Assembly: GCA_002633005.1 (NCBI GenBank) | Contig: NMRA01000544.1 | Location: 1-42,843 of the forward strand | Direction: 5' to 3' | Origin: Phoronis australis | Taxonomy: Eukaryota > Animalia > Phoronida | DNA length: 42,843 nt | Shown here: piece by piece, positions 12,815-25,802 of the stretch | Layout: the number at the start of each line of letters is the position of its first letter | Position numbering within the stretch: the stretch's first letter is position 1 | Position numbers and translations under genes: made by a program | The notes under the pieces: model-generated | The model's database searches: none | What the model was told of the DNA's origin: nothing | Seen by the model: the letters and a program-made list of their open reading frames with translations, nothing else

Positions 12815-13540
12815 GAGGCTCTGGCAGGCCTACTACTTAATCCTTTCTTCACAAATCCATTTTTGTTTTCTCCGTTTTGATGAAAACTATCTGGTAAACT
12901 TTTTGACGAAAATTGTCCGCTAAATTTCTTCCAAAGGTATTGACTCATGAATTCTTGTCCTTGCGAGGAACTTCAGCCATAGTCTAGTGAGTGAATTAAC
13001 CAAATTACTCTTCGCTGGCCCTGATCAGACGGTTGATCTAAGCAGAACGCGCACATTTGTCCAGGATTTGGACCAGCGATTTCAACAAATTCACATTCGT
13101 GTACAAATAAATAGAACGCTGGTAAAACCTTTAGCATAAATAACGATTACATTAATACTTCAGAAATAACCAACTGGACCGATTATACTCTATCTCGCAA
13201 TTTCAACAGCAGGTTACACAATATATGCCGCACAAAATCTCTCGACTGTAGTCTATGAAAATGCAACCAGCTTCTTTGAAAACATGGAACAGGAAATTAC
13301 ACCAGAGGGGTGTGAATGTTGTTTTTATTCTTCAATGTTAATTTTTTGTAAACGGGCAAATGGTTTTCAAAATTCCGCCTTAAGTCCTAACATTTCCAAA
13401 CTCAAGCCGCAAACAAAATTCTTCAATCAGTTTTGTAAAGTCCTATGCCACCTGTAGGGTACATAATGAACCAATCCCACTCCTAATGTAACAAAAGGGT
13501 CCCGTGCATACAGGATACTAAGTACTGTCCTGAAATATTA

Positions 13541-13610
13541 CCGTATTCGCCCTAATAAGTGGCCAGGGCGATCAGAAAAATCCGCTTCAGGAAGGGGGGG
13601 CACATATTAT
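13541..13610 (+). mobile_element. Single Tc1/mariner-pogo-like terminus
   Basis: TA|CCGTATTCGCCCTAATAAGTGGCCAGGGCG. Partner end not found. Confidence 0.35.
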
Positions 13611-16600
13611 AGCCCAAAAGTGGTCGAAACACGTTCTCTGAAACAGGTGAAATCATCAAATTTACGCTCTGTGACGAATCTGTAACCTATGACAGAGTTT
13701 CTACAAAACTGCAGTGCATTGCTATCAAACTTTGTTGTCAACTTACGAGCATTTTTCAGAAAATCCCACTGCCAAAAACTTCCTTGAATCAGGTTTCAAG
13801 CTCCTTAGCTTGGTTTAACTATATATTAATAAACCATAAAAATGGTTCCAAGTGATCAGTGCAATGCCTGCGAACGTCTAATAAATGTGTGTCATGCAGC
13901 TCCTGATTTAAACAAAGGTCTGTTTTTTTAATTTTGGTCCGGTATAAATAACGCCACAGACCTGGAAATCCAGCGAAACACTTCTACCTTACTGACAATC
14001 CCTAGTCTCAGAAAATTTGAGCATCCGGCACAAGATACTACTGATGAAATTCTGGTGATGATAATCACAGTGCTACAGTGCACACGTGCACGATACTTGG
14101 TCTATTTTTCCCTCCGTAAATGCATGAACCAAACAGATCACCAATGGCGCAAAGTTTTCGAAAACAGCTCGAATTTTAGAGAGTCCTGTTACTTTTCTAT
14201 TTATTTTCAAAACTTTATTGTGTTACTGACATTTAATTTATTCTCTGTTCAACAGAATGAAGTCACCTAATACGAATGCATTCAACACAATTAATGCATT
14301 GTAAAAACCAAAAGTTATGCTCTATCAACGTTAGACAAAATAATTACACCCCTTTCTTAAAAAATGGGTTAAAAGTTAGAAACAACGGACACAAGTTTCC
14401 ATCACTTGTAACGTCGATTTTCGATATTGATGTTGAGGAGGAACATCAGTCTGGCGACAGCTACACGGAATCGCGCGAAGGCAATGATTTTCAAAATTTG
14501 ATTCGTTTTCGTTGTACATGTATGTCTTTTTCCGTATGGTTCAAGGTTACTTCTGAATCCAGGAACAAGAACAGAAAGAGGCAGGGCTCGTGATAACGTT
14601 GGAGAACGGTAACATTTTTATAAGATGTTACACCTGTCATCCATATTGTCATCTCATCTGTTTTCATATATCCTTCCCAGATGAAAACTTGAATGAAGAG
14701 GACCTTCAGTACTTGAGTGAGCATGGTATACTGTGTTATTTATGTTGAATTCTTCAACGGTTCTTTTAGAGCCATTTTACGCTACACCTACAACCAACGG
14801 CCGTTTTAAGGGCCACTCAACACTTCCCAGAAGAACTGCTCACTTGAGAATGTTGAATTATAAACATGCAAAGGTTAAAATAGTCAAATCGTTGCAGAGG
14901 CGCATTTTTTAATTCGAACAAAATTGATATTTTTCTAAACCAAAAACGTTATATAAGTATCTTTTGCATTCACAGGTACTCTTTGGAATTTGTGCACAAA
15001 CATGCTTTCGAAGTTTTCTCAGTAGGCCTATGTGAAACATAAATCACAAACTGTCCGATAACTATGCTGCTAAATTGGGCAAGCAGACGACATAATCAGT
15101 CGGCACCGAAGTTTGAATTTTGTAATTAATTACTAGTAGCATTGCCAAAAGTACTCACAATACCAACACTTCTACTATTGAAAGACTTTGAACAGCGTTT
15201 CAATCCCGAAATTAATATTTTTCTCGTTGTTTTGGACAGTAAAGTAGATGCAAGTATTTCTCGTCAAAATACACTCACCGGAAACTGTACCAGAAAGGTT
15301 AGGAGAGTGGCGGCGCCTCTTGGCTAGCACGTAAGAAAATGTCTGAGTTGCGAATCTGTTGTGTATAATCTATGGTTCTACTCACAAACAGAAATATTCC
15401 TGCATTGGGCCTCTAAAGTCGACATTAGTAGTTCGATATTGGCACTGTACTGGCCCACAACTACACTGGGTAATTAGTATACTGGCTTAATATGAGCCCA
15501 TCAATGGCCCTGTACATCGCCAACACAGTCTGTTAAAACTGGCTCTTTATAGGGCCGAAACCGGTTTTTGGCATTCTATAAAGCTAATGAGATAACTGAT
15601 TACGCCTATAAACATTCGAAAATCAAAAATGGAGTTCCTGCGTTTACATTTGGGTTGTTTATATGTGGAACTTTTTAGAGCTTTCTTAATAAGACAAGAT
15701 AACACCTAGCTGTACCAGAAACAAGATGGATTATTTCTGCTATAATATGCTCCTACACAGAGTTGTATTAGTTCAGTCTGAATTTGACCTCTGCTAAAAA
15801 ACTGGTCTGTTTCAGGCTTTGAAGTCGGGAGTTTAGCTTCAAACTGAAGCGAAATGACTGCATGAGAGAATCTGCTCAACATTGTAAAAACAATTCCAGT
15901 TTTTCCAATGCCAACAATGAGGCTCAAGACTGGTGGTTAAAAACAGAAAGTAGCGTAAGAGCACGGGTTTGTGTTAGTCAGATCAAGTCGGAAGATCAAG
16001 TCAGTTCAAGGAAGTTAATCAGGAGAATTACAGTTGAGTTGAAGTGAAGAGAATCAGCAGTTACAGCGATAGTCAATAGAGAGCCAGCTGTAGAGAGAGC
16101 AGGTTATTGAATCGACGAGTGTAACACTTGCTGAACGTGTCTCAGAAGTTCATCACAAGTCAAGGCTTCGCAGCACTGGCTGGAGCATAAACAGACATCT
16201 GGATTTCAGTGCATACCCTTATGCACGTGCCAGCAGCACATTCATGATCAGATGCCTTGTATGCAAACAATTTGATTTGTCTGACTTCAGGAATGTTAAA
16301 AAGTACCAAAAGTGAATGCTAAAACTGTGTTCAGCAGGCCTGAAAATAATTAACGCAACTGAGAATCTAATGTCTTCAATAACAATAACTATATTGATTT
16401 TTATGAATGGAAGATAACGGGATAGTGTAAACATTTGTCCTTGTATTCCGTCAAAATAATGACACCTTGCTTAACGAGCATTGCAGATTAACAACTATTT
16501 TTCCACATTCTGTAAGTATACATCTATAACCCAATAAACATGAAATAAATTGCTCCAAAAATGTTTTATGCATGTTTGTTGACCATGAAAATATAAGTAT

Positions 16601-17722
16601 AAACACCTCATTTTTCAAGTTAGCCTGCAGGAGCACATTACATTGTATGGTAATGGCGGCACCTAATTTGAATAATTAGTTTTTAGGGTTGCATTTTTTA
16701 GTTTTCATAAGTGATGTATTGCTCAGGAAGTATTTATAAGAAGAGTACAGGTGAGACATTTCTCCATTTTAAATGGTATATTGTGATTTCTATTACAAAA
16801 GTACATCTGAACTTGACAATTTGGCTGCCATTTTGTTTATGCTAATTAGATGATCAAAAATACAAAATTCGTCTTGGGAACAGGGTTGGTTGAATTTGCC
16901 ATATCTTGATTGTGTGAAAAAGTCTTGTTCCCAACTTTTAATAAAAAATGCTTCTTGAACCTTGAACAGGGCTCTTTTCAGGAAATGCGTCTAGACAATA
17001 TGGCTAAGCAGGGACTCATCTAGGATTGCAAAAGTGGGGATCCAAATTTGTGAGAAAGACGTGTCGCTTGAAGCGCGATTGTGAGTAGCACCGAAGGGGG
17101 CGAAAGTTGGGAGCGAGGGGTGTTTCCCCAATCCCGTTGAGGGAAAAATTTAACTTTTATAAAAAGAGACATTTTCCGTGCATTTTAGCACACTGTTTTT
17201 ACGTTTTTTCTTGTTCAAAGGACGACAAAGAAGAAAACTACACGTCAAAGGCTTGCTCCATTCAGGATGTCTGCATGAATGTTTCTGGATTGCAAAAATC
17301 AAGACCTGAAATCTTTTTATAAGATAAGCTGTGTAGAGTTGCATGTTAGACAGATAATTCGAAGCATGACTTCAGAACTCATGTATCTTTAAGCTCTCAA
17401 AGGAGAGGTGTATTATTTTAGTGCAGTTAAGGAAGATAGTTTAAACTGGAGAGAAAACAATGAAGTTGTTTCTGTTGACAAAGGACGTTATTACATCCGA
17501 AAATTTCAGTTGATCCATTCTTGTTGTTTTATTTACCTATTTATGAAGGACATGAAGAAATGTGTCCTTGAGAGCATGTGTCTATGTTTCATTAGAACAC
17601 GCAATACTGCAATTCATAAGTCTACGGTGAACACGAATCCTCAACAAAATCACAACTAAGGCCCACCGGCGCTCGACACAGGCGAAAACTTCCGCTCGAA
17701 AATAGGAGTGATGGCATATCAG

Positions 17723-17873
17723 CCTCCCGTTCAGTAACGCTAGAACCTAGCTTAAAAGCAAGACTTTGCGAGATTACGCGAGATATTGCCGTGTATTTTA
17801 AATAAGAGCACGTGACCTTGACTAGCTTTTGGCTAGGTCCTAGCGTAGGTCCTAGCGTCTACTGAACGCACTC
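17723..17873. mobile_element. Harbinger-type MITE, copy B (inverted relative to copy A)
   Basis: Reverse complement of 10086-10236 with scattered mismatches. Flanks CAG/CTG. Confidence 0.85.
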
Positions 17874-18059
17874 CTGCACTCGCGCTTGTGTACCCGGACT
17901 TGACCTAATTAATAAAATGGTCTGACACTAGTTCCAGTTTAATCGCTTTTATTTTAGTGTTCTGTACCAGCAGGTACAGTAGCACTTGATTGGCATGACC
18001 CCTGAGGTCAGCCTGAGGACAGTAATGATGAATTTTTACAAGAGAATGGTAACCAATAT

Positions 18060-18611
18060 TCTAGCATGTTAATGATACATGAAGTCTGAAACATTTAGCA
18101 ACCTGTTGTTTGTAGAATGATTGGGTAGATTCCGGAAAGTTCTAGAATGTGCTTGAATTGCGAAAAGTTCCAGAACAGTGTAAGAGGCTACAAATACCCA
18201 GGCACAGGTTTGTGACAGTCAGCTGAAGTTGAGTTGCAGTTGAATGCCGTTGGCGTTAAAGTCAGTTGAAGTTAAAGTTGAGTTGCAGTCAAGAGAATCA
18301 GCAGTTACGGCGTTTATTGGGTCAATAGAAAGCCAGCTACAGAGACGGCATGTTATTGAGTCAACGAGTGTCAACACTTGTTGGAGATGTCTCAGAAGTT
18401 TACCACAAGTCAAGACTACAACATTGACTGAAGCATATAACAGACATCACGTCGGCCGGAAGTTTTGTTTGATTAGACTTGAGTACGTACGCTCGAGATT
18501 AATAAAGTGATTAACTCGAACCAGTCTTTTAAGACCAAGTTTTTCGTCGCACCGAAAACTATAAAGCACCGTTTGGTAAGAACGTATCCCCTCCATGGGG
18601 AAAACGTGACA
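18060..18611 (+). mobile_element. LTR-like repeat; related diverged copy at ~16030-16200
   Basis: ttctagaa-type motifs, TATA-like tacaaata, AATAAA near 18501 and a ...GTGACA end. The core gttgagttg.agt.aagagaatcagcagttac...aacagacatc is repeated at 16033-16199. Left boundary and target duplication not found. Confidence 0.5.
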
Positions 18612-19845
18612 ATCTTGAATGGACCACTCTGCAAATAAATGGACTACCGGGCGAGAGAGCATGCCATGTGTCCCATGCAACGCTGTTCACGAGAACTGGA
18701 ACGATAACATTCATCCACGTGACATGAGTAGTGACATATGGTCGAGTACCCAATATCTGTAGGCCTACACGACATCGAGGCCTAACTATGCTTATCATTT
18801 TCTGCTCTGTATTTGTGCCAACTCAAGATAAGTACAGTAGCTACATGTATTTGTGTGTGCTCGCAAACACTATGATTCATGCATACGAGCTTTATTCCTA
18901 GTTGAGTACCCCTATATTTGAGGTGCAAACTCGAGTTAAGTAAAGGTTGAGATTTTAAGTAAAATATCGATTTTTTAGTTTAGACTTGAACATTCAGCCT
19001 TAATGTTGGAGTCATCAAGTGCAAACCCGGATTATAAAGTTATCTATCTGATATGAATGTTGGTCCAAAGGCGACTTAGGGAAGTGACTGTTATCGCTCG
19101 CAGTGAAAGGCAAACACGGTTTATCCGGTAAATGGCGAGGCAACTTTATCACAAATGACACAATACCTAGAAAGGGAAGGCAATGTACAATTCAACTATT
19201 TCTGACTGGGAATTTCAAGATATCTTTTTTATTTTATATCACTTTATCAAGTAATTCACATCAGTGTTGCCCTGAAAAATTCCACATTTTACGTTATCAG
19301 GTAGATGGCTCAATATTCAACGTTTTTAAACGCACATGCGATCCTATGTGTCGTGAAACCGGGTATAACACTCATGGTCTCAACGAAGAAAAGATAGTTA
19401 CATCATCAATAAAACCAACGAATTTTCAATTTGTTTCGCTGTCTCATAGATCATCATCAGAACAAGTACATGTAATCAAGGTCATTTAAAATCTTGGCCC
19501 ACACATTGTACAGTAGAACTATCAAGACGCATCGTAACAACAAAACATCAATGAAAACGCTTATATTAAGAACTTCCATCTGTCAAAAGTCCAGGTAACT
19601 TGATCTGAGGAAGGGACAGAACTTTGATTTATCACGTCACAATTCCCATTTGGGTAGAGATGAAGCTGTTAGAGATCTTTGCAAATTAAGGGTGTCGCCG
19701 AAAGAATTTGTGGACGTGCTCAGGTATCTCTTTTGTATCACTATTAGTGTTAGGCACATACGGCAATTTTTTGTCAAGACTAGGGCTCTCTCGTCGTAAC
19801 AATCATTTAGATGTGAGTGGTACCATAGACCGACAAACAACGATG

Positions 19846-20274
19846 CAGGGCCGTAGGAAGCGGGGGCACGACCCCCCCCCCAAAAAAAAATTCAGGAGTA
19901 AGGGTTAAACCGTGGCAACCGACGGAGGTGTGAGACCGGGGACAGTCGAGAAAAGAGAGAAAATTCAAGAGAACATTTAACAACTCTGCATTAGTGCATG
20001 ACTTGCTTTTTGAGGAGCCTGGCCAAGACGAAAAATTGAGAAAGTTTGTAAAGCGAAGCTTTTGTGGAGCGTACTAATTTATTGGATGTTTAAACTCAAA
20101 TAAGTCAATTTTGCGAGTGCAAAACTATTTTTTCCAGATGCTCCTCTCTGGCAAGGGATAACGGAGACAAATTTCGCTTTATTTTTTTCTTGAAACTACA
20201 TATTACTTAAAAAACTGATGACCTGACAGATAACATCAATTGTTGTGCATTTCCATTTAGGGGCTCCGGCCTTG
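19846..20274. mobile_element. hAT-like MITE
   Basis: Ends CAGGGCCGTAGG ... CTCCGGCCTTG with a subterminal C-run/A-run. Confidence 0.45.
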
Positions 20275-20649
20275 AAGGAGGCCATTGATGACATTAAAGT
20301 GGCCATCCTTTTTTGGTTTTTATTGAAAATTTTTTAAGGGGCCGCTCACGGAGAGAAGGTCCAACGTTGGAATCGATTACCTCTATTTTCCTGCTTTTTT
20401 GTGAAATCATGCATCCGGCTTTCATGATGAAGGAGGTCACTCCCTCCATCGGTTTCGGACCACACGACGGTGGAATGCACTGTCACTCTTTTTCCAAGCT
20501 TAATGATGTTTAGCCTTTTGTCTTAAGGTGTCCTATTTCCAGTGCTTGAGCATTGAACGTAATTTACGGTGCGTAGGTGCTTCGTTCAAATGCCAAAAGT
20601 AGGTTGGCTGCGCCTACGTACGCCTACGCCCTACTACAGTAATGCCCAN

Positions 20650-20697
<48 letters not shown>
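20650..20697. repeat. (GT)n microsatellite next to N at 20649
   Basis: Pure GT run. Confidence 0.98.
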
Positions 20698-20699
<2 letters not shown>

Positions 20700-21137
20700 C
20701 GTTCAATTATTATTGTGTTCAATTGTTTCTATGATAATTCATCTGTGCAACGTTTGCCTGTTGCCGAGATACTTTTGACTCGATTTCTGAGCAGTGAAGC
20801 AAAATTTTAAAAATGAAAAGTTTACCTTGTAAAAATCAAATCCAATTCGTTGTGTTGGGCAGCGAGCACTATACTTGCCAACTGTCCCGCTCTTGGCGTA
20901 TTAGCCCACTTTTTCCCGCCATCCTGACACAACATCAAAATACCCCCCTTTTTGACACCTGGTGACACTGGCATCACGTAGTACTGTAATTTCCCACGCA
21001 ACAAAGTGCTATTTTCTAGGTCGACTAAAAAGAAAAAACGGGACGTTCCATTGGTTTTAAGGCACTCGAAATTGCCCATTTGACTAAAGCAAAAACCGTC
21101 ATTGGGTAATTTGATTGTAACGTCTCCTGTTTTGGCA

Positions 21138-21303
21138 TAGACCCAGATGCCAAAGATTCCGCTTTTCAATCCAGTGGACCTGGTTTCTTCATTCCTTGAA
21201 TGTTGACATCTATGGAGCAGGTACTCGTTTGTCTCTTTGTCATGAATAGTGTTGTTTTTCAGAGTCCACTATCTTTAGTTACGTAACAATCGTAAAAATG
21301 TGT
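21138..21303 (+). repeat. Dispersed repeat, second copy at ~24568-24752
   Basis: Shared tagacccagatg, tttcaatccagt and cagagtccact.tctttagt blocks in the same order. Confidence 0.7.
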
Positions 21304-22194
21304 TCCAACATTTGCACATTTCTATTAATCAAAAAATTTATCTGCAATCTACGGGGCGCAATCACAGCAGCGCGAGACCGAGGTTGGCATTCCAGGGCAA
21401 AGTTTAAAAGTTGGCTAAGGCGAAAACGAAATGATAATTTAGAAAACTGTAGTAACGGTTGTGAGCTTTTATTTTGGACATTCACACTAAACTAAGTTTT
21501 GTCATGTCATTCATGTGGTTGTTTGGCTGTGAATGTACCTTAATGTGCAACGTTTTACTAAAAGGACATGGTTACGAGACCAAAGTGGTTATAGATTGGT
21601 GTAAAATAAAAGATTAAGTTCTGTGGAGCTTCTTTTTTCAGAAAATACATACTTTCAATGAGTTTAATGGTACAGTATTACAATAGATATTTACTTAAAC
21701 GCGCAAAGTTGTCGACAAGGTCTTACATGACCTTTTAGATCAGTTTAAGATCGATAAATGTAGTGTTTTTAGTTTACTGTTACCAAGTAAATGGTTGGCA
21801 ATATGAAAGTATTTGATTGTGAATAATATTGGCTGTAAGCGTTGACGCGAGTCGATCCAGCTCATGAAGAAATAGGTTATCCGAATATTAAATCAAACTT
21901 TGAACACAAAAGATTAGGTATGGGTGTCCATTTATGCTCTTATCACCTATCTCAGGTCGAGGTTAGGCCAAGGAAACCATATTTGGCTTAGGTGTGTGAT
22001 GGCTTTGAAAACTGAGACAGTGGTGCGGTATTTGTCCTGTTGCTTATTATTTCAAAAATCACTTGGTATCCGCTAAAGTTGTGGGACAATTCCTTCTGTT
22101 TTTTACAAAAATTACCCGATATCAACTGTCTATTAATGATGAGCCGCTTCGAAACTGACACGGGCACAGATCAGGGTGGACTTCAGTAGATATC

Positions 22195-23170
22195 CATAGG
22201 CGGATTTAGGGGGGGCCAGGTGGCCAGGGGGCCAGGCCCCCCCCCCCTTGGCTGCCGCAAAAAATAAAACAGCAAGAGCGTAGGGAAATGCTGAGTTTAT
22301 TAATTAACCCCGGTAATTAAAATTATACGGATGAAACAAGATTTAAATGTGTGTAGTTTTAGTGTTTGGGGGGGCTCAGATCCAATTTCAAGTGTGATAT
22401 TCGGAACACAGCGCATTGGTAACGGAACTATGGCTTAGTATACATGTAAGCTCTCCCGCGATATCCCAGGCGACCGGCAATTGCGCTGCGCACTACGACT
22501 CCTTTTCCGTCGTCTGTTCCACTGTGCAATGAAGAAAATTTACTTCATTTTTTAAAGAAAATGGAACCAGAAACTGCTGGTAAGATGTGAATTTTAATCG
22601 AAGCTTTGATGAATCACTCAGAAACTCATAATTCTCTCTTTGTCAAACCTTAACTTAAGACGATTTCCAAAGCAATCCCGTCATTATTGCCAACACGAAA
22701 AACGGATTTGGTCTTTTGGGTATTTGAAGACTATTTTAAATACAACAAATTTGTTAAGAACCGGTTGCACAAAATACAAAACGTGTAATAAGCATTACAA
22801 AAAGAAGTAGGTTTCGCGGGCAAACGCTGTGGACCATAAAGAAGTTGGTCTCTTAGCACAAGATCAGTAGTTAAATCTTGGTGGTGTAGTGGTAAAGCAC
22901 GTGCGCTCTATCCGCCAGGTCGTGAGTTCGAGTCTGCGGTACGTGCGGGTTTTCCTGTTTGACACGTTTTCTCTTTTTTTTTGCCTTTTTTCTTGGACAA
23001 TACTTCAAGAATCAAGGAAAATGCTTGATTTTTAGAGAAAAAAAAAAANNNNNNNNNNNNNNNNNCCCCCCCATTCGGTGCTATACGCATCTACAATCGT
23101 GGTTTGCGCAAATGCTTACAGCCGGACAAAATGTTGGCCCCCCCCTTGTGATACCTTAGATCCGCCACTG
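22195..23170. mobile_element. hAT-like non-autonomous element upstream of the P450 start (contains N gap 23049-23065)
   Basis: Ends CATAGGCGGATTTAGGGGGGG ... CCTTAGATCCGCCACTG with G/C runs, typical of CAGTGGCGGATC-type hAT MITEs. No clean target duplication. Confidence 0.6.
22880..22945 (+). other. tRNA-like Pol III head (degenerate) inside the hAT-like element
   Basis: A-box TGGTGTAGTGGTAA and B-box GAGTTCGAGTCT at tRNA-like spacing. Stems degenerate. Confidence 0.5.
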
Positions 23171-23408
23171 ATGTCTCGCTGCTAGAAAAATCACCTGCTC
23201 TCATTTACAGCACACAAAAATTTCTTGCGTAACATCATGAAGTCTTACTGCCCATGTAAGGTTATAGCTATTGAACTCTGCCCTGGTCCTAATGTGATTC
23301 ATTTGGCCTTCACGTTATCTCGTTCGGTTATTTCAATAACCAGATTAGTAATTATTTCTTAGAGGGTGAAGTTGATCGCAGGAAAACATACAACTACATA
23401 CAGACAAG

Positions 23409-23653
23409 ATGATAGCTGTTTTCGGATTCAGTCTAACTTCAGTGCTTCTTTTGCTCTGTCTTGTAATAGCTTTTTGCTGGTGGATTCAGCTGCGTCGATC
23501 TCCTGGGATAGTGGTTCCTAGAGTACCCGCGATTCCCGTGTTAGGGTCCTTGCCGTGGGTAGGCTCCCTTCAAGAATTTTCGGAGCACGTAGGAAAATCA
23601 CTTTATGGACTGTCATACAAGTATGGACCTGTGTTTTACTTCAGGCTAATCGG
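23409..23653 (+). CDS. Cytochrome P450 (clan 2 / CYP2-like), exon 1
   Basis: ATG at 23409. Hydrophobic ER anchor (SVLLLLCLVIAFCWW), basic/Pro-rich hinge (RRSPG..PAIPVLGSLPW) and 'LSYKYGPVFYFRLIG'. Donor GG|GTGCGT after 23653, phase 2. Confidence 0.93.
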
Positions 23654-24050
23654 GTGCGTTTTTTCACTTGCTCAAGATATTGTTAAAATGTTAGAATAAC
23701 GATTTGAAGCCCTTGATGCAGTGCATTAGCGGTGCTAGTTTTCTACGGTTATATGCATTAAACAGAGTTCTTCAAGAGTTTCTTTGGTAAGTTTTTGTGC
23801 CGCAAGCTATGTTAAATTTGGTGTGAAAGTAATGAAAAGTTGGTCATAGTCTTTTTGCAGTGTGTGGTTTTGAAAAAGTTCCTTTCCCAAGTCCCATTAA
23901 ATCACGAATTGCCTATGCGTGTGCTGCAACGAATATTTCAGCTTGCAGTGCACAAGATGTGTCCTTTCCGTTCTGTCATGATGTGTCTGTAATGAAAAGC
24001 GCGTGTCAGCTCGTCAAAAAATACCCTTCGTGTTCCCTGAAAAGCAATTC

Positions 24051-24315
24051 TGTTGTGTATCTTACTTTGTCAAATAAAGTAGACACTCCATGAACTACGC
24101 AGTGAAACGAACAGAATTGAACTGAACACTGAACTGATTTATTCTACATATCACAACAATATGTATACACACAACTACATAACAACATATGATGCGTTAC
24201 CTGTGACACACTTCCTATACTAGGCATCGCATGACATAATACCACTTAAACTACTGAACTCATAAACAATAACAACCTACAAACATCCTGTTATTGTGTG
24301 ACTAAGTACACAACA
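24051..24315 (-). mobile_element. Solo LTR, 265 bp, in P450 intron 1
   Basis: Starts TGTTGTGTA and ends TACACAACA (9 bp inverted termini, TG..CA). Perfect 5 bp target duplication AATTC (24046-50, 24316-20). AATAAA on the minus strand near 24140. Confidence 0.88.
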
Positions 24316-24959
24316 AATTCGATCTTATGTTTTCAGTCCTAGTGTCCCTACTGAACACATGGTCGTCTTTTTTTCAAAAATGTGGCCAAATTCCACAACA
24401 CTGACACAAATATCAGAACCCGTTGTGTACCGATTTCACCAAAAATCAACAATGTGCCGAGAAGTATGCTCACCTGAATATTTTGAAAGTTCAGATAGTG
24501 TTAATTTTCTGAGCTTTTCCATGAAAACCAGGTTAGATAACAAACAAAACTTTTATACGTTTTGGCTTAGACCCAGATGTCATGCTTTTTATCTTGAAGA
24601 TCCTCTTTCAATCCAGTTGTTCCGTTTTTAGTCGTTGAATCTTGACCGTGAGAGTTATGCAACATGTATTCAAAATAACAATGTCTCTCTTTATGAATTT
24701 TGTTATTTTCCAGAGTCCACTTTCTTTAGTAACAAAACAGTCCTGAAATGTGTGTGAAACGTCTTATGACTGGTCTCCTTTAGCTAGGTTATGTCCTAGG
24801 TTTATGCAATTAAACAATTTGGTCATCTACTTCATACACCCTGGGTATCAGACAAAACTAGAATTTTTAATGTTGTGAAATGAATTACCCTATCATCTTT
24901 TATGTAATTACAGATTACATCAAATTCATTAGTAAAAAATAATCTACATGTAGTGCCCA

Positions 24960-25556
24960 CCGTAAGAAAGTTACGAGCTGAAATAGAATTTTTAATAATG
25001 GACGCCTTTATTTTCATAAATTATGCTAATTTATCATGCAACTATAAGCTATAAGCACTAGAAGAATTGTGAATAATGGCGGCCTTAATTTGCATAAATT
25101 ATGCAAATTGACAACGTATTCACCAAAAAACTTCCACTATTAAATTCGTTGGCCATCGAAACATGGGTTGAAGCATCAAAGTAACCTGCCTGCAGTGCTT
25201 GGTAAGGAAATTATAAGCAAAAATAGAATTTTGCATAACGATGGCCTTAATTTGCATAAATTATGCAAAATGACAATTTATTCACCAAAAACCTTGCACT
25301 ATTAAATTCATTGACCATAAAAATATGGGTAAAAACGTCAAAATTATCTGGCTGCAGAGCTTGGTAAGGAAATTATAAGCAAATTAAAATAAAATTTTGC
25401 ATAATGGCGACCTTAATTCGCATATTTAAAAAATGCTCAAGGGTTGCGAACGGTCACCCTCCTAAATCATGGTTACTTAACCCTAGGCTACATGAAACAG
25501 CAAAGAAAAAAACTTTATACGGCAAAACCAGGTTCAACAACCTGGCTCCCGGACTA
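24960..25556. mobile_element. Academ-like non-autonomous end with internal ~164 bp tandem units
   Basis: Units beginning aatggcggccttaatttgcataaattatgcaaa at ~25074, ~25238 and ~25402. Terminus ...CCGGACTA (reverse TAGTCCGG). A related motif set occurs at ~16650-16997. Confidence 0.55.
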
Positions 25557-25743
25557 AAAGTAACACCTGGCGCGAAGTATTGTCAGGTTATGGGCTGTTA
25601 GATTTATTAGCCTGTGACAACGAAAAATAGTTTGCCTTTAAATGTTGGAACTCGTTCCAATAGAAAATCATCTTGACATCTGTAATAGATACGTGTTAGC
25701 TCATGCACTGTAAGGGCAGGAGTTTATGTCCTATGTATATTTA

Positions 25744-25802
25744 CGCGTGCGTGTGCGTGTGCGTGTTTGTGTATGCGTGTGCGTAAGTGTGCGTGTGTGT
25801 GT
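25744..25802. repeat. Compound (GT/GC) microsatellite
   Basis: cgcgtgcgtgtgcgtgtgcgtg... run. Confidence 0.9.

Noticed and set aside
314-22000. Most 60-130 aa ORFs in the ORF track
   Set aside because: No recognisable domains. Lengths are as expected by chance, and several are duplicated readings of repeats or microsatellites.
22880-22945. Functional tRNA gene
   Set aside because: A and B boxes are present, but acceptor and anticodon stems do not pair. It is embedded in a repeat.
23654-23699. Read-through C-terminus of ORF 23409-23699 as a standalone small protein
   Set aside because: It is intron sequence after the exon 1 donor. Exon 2 continues the P450 in frame.
24960-25556. CRISPR-like or regularly spaced repeat array
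   Set aside because: Eukaryotic context. Units are whole ~164 bp diverged tandem copies with no unique spacers.
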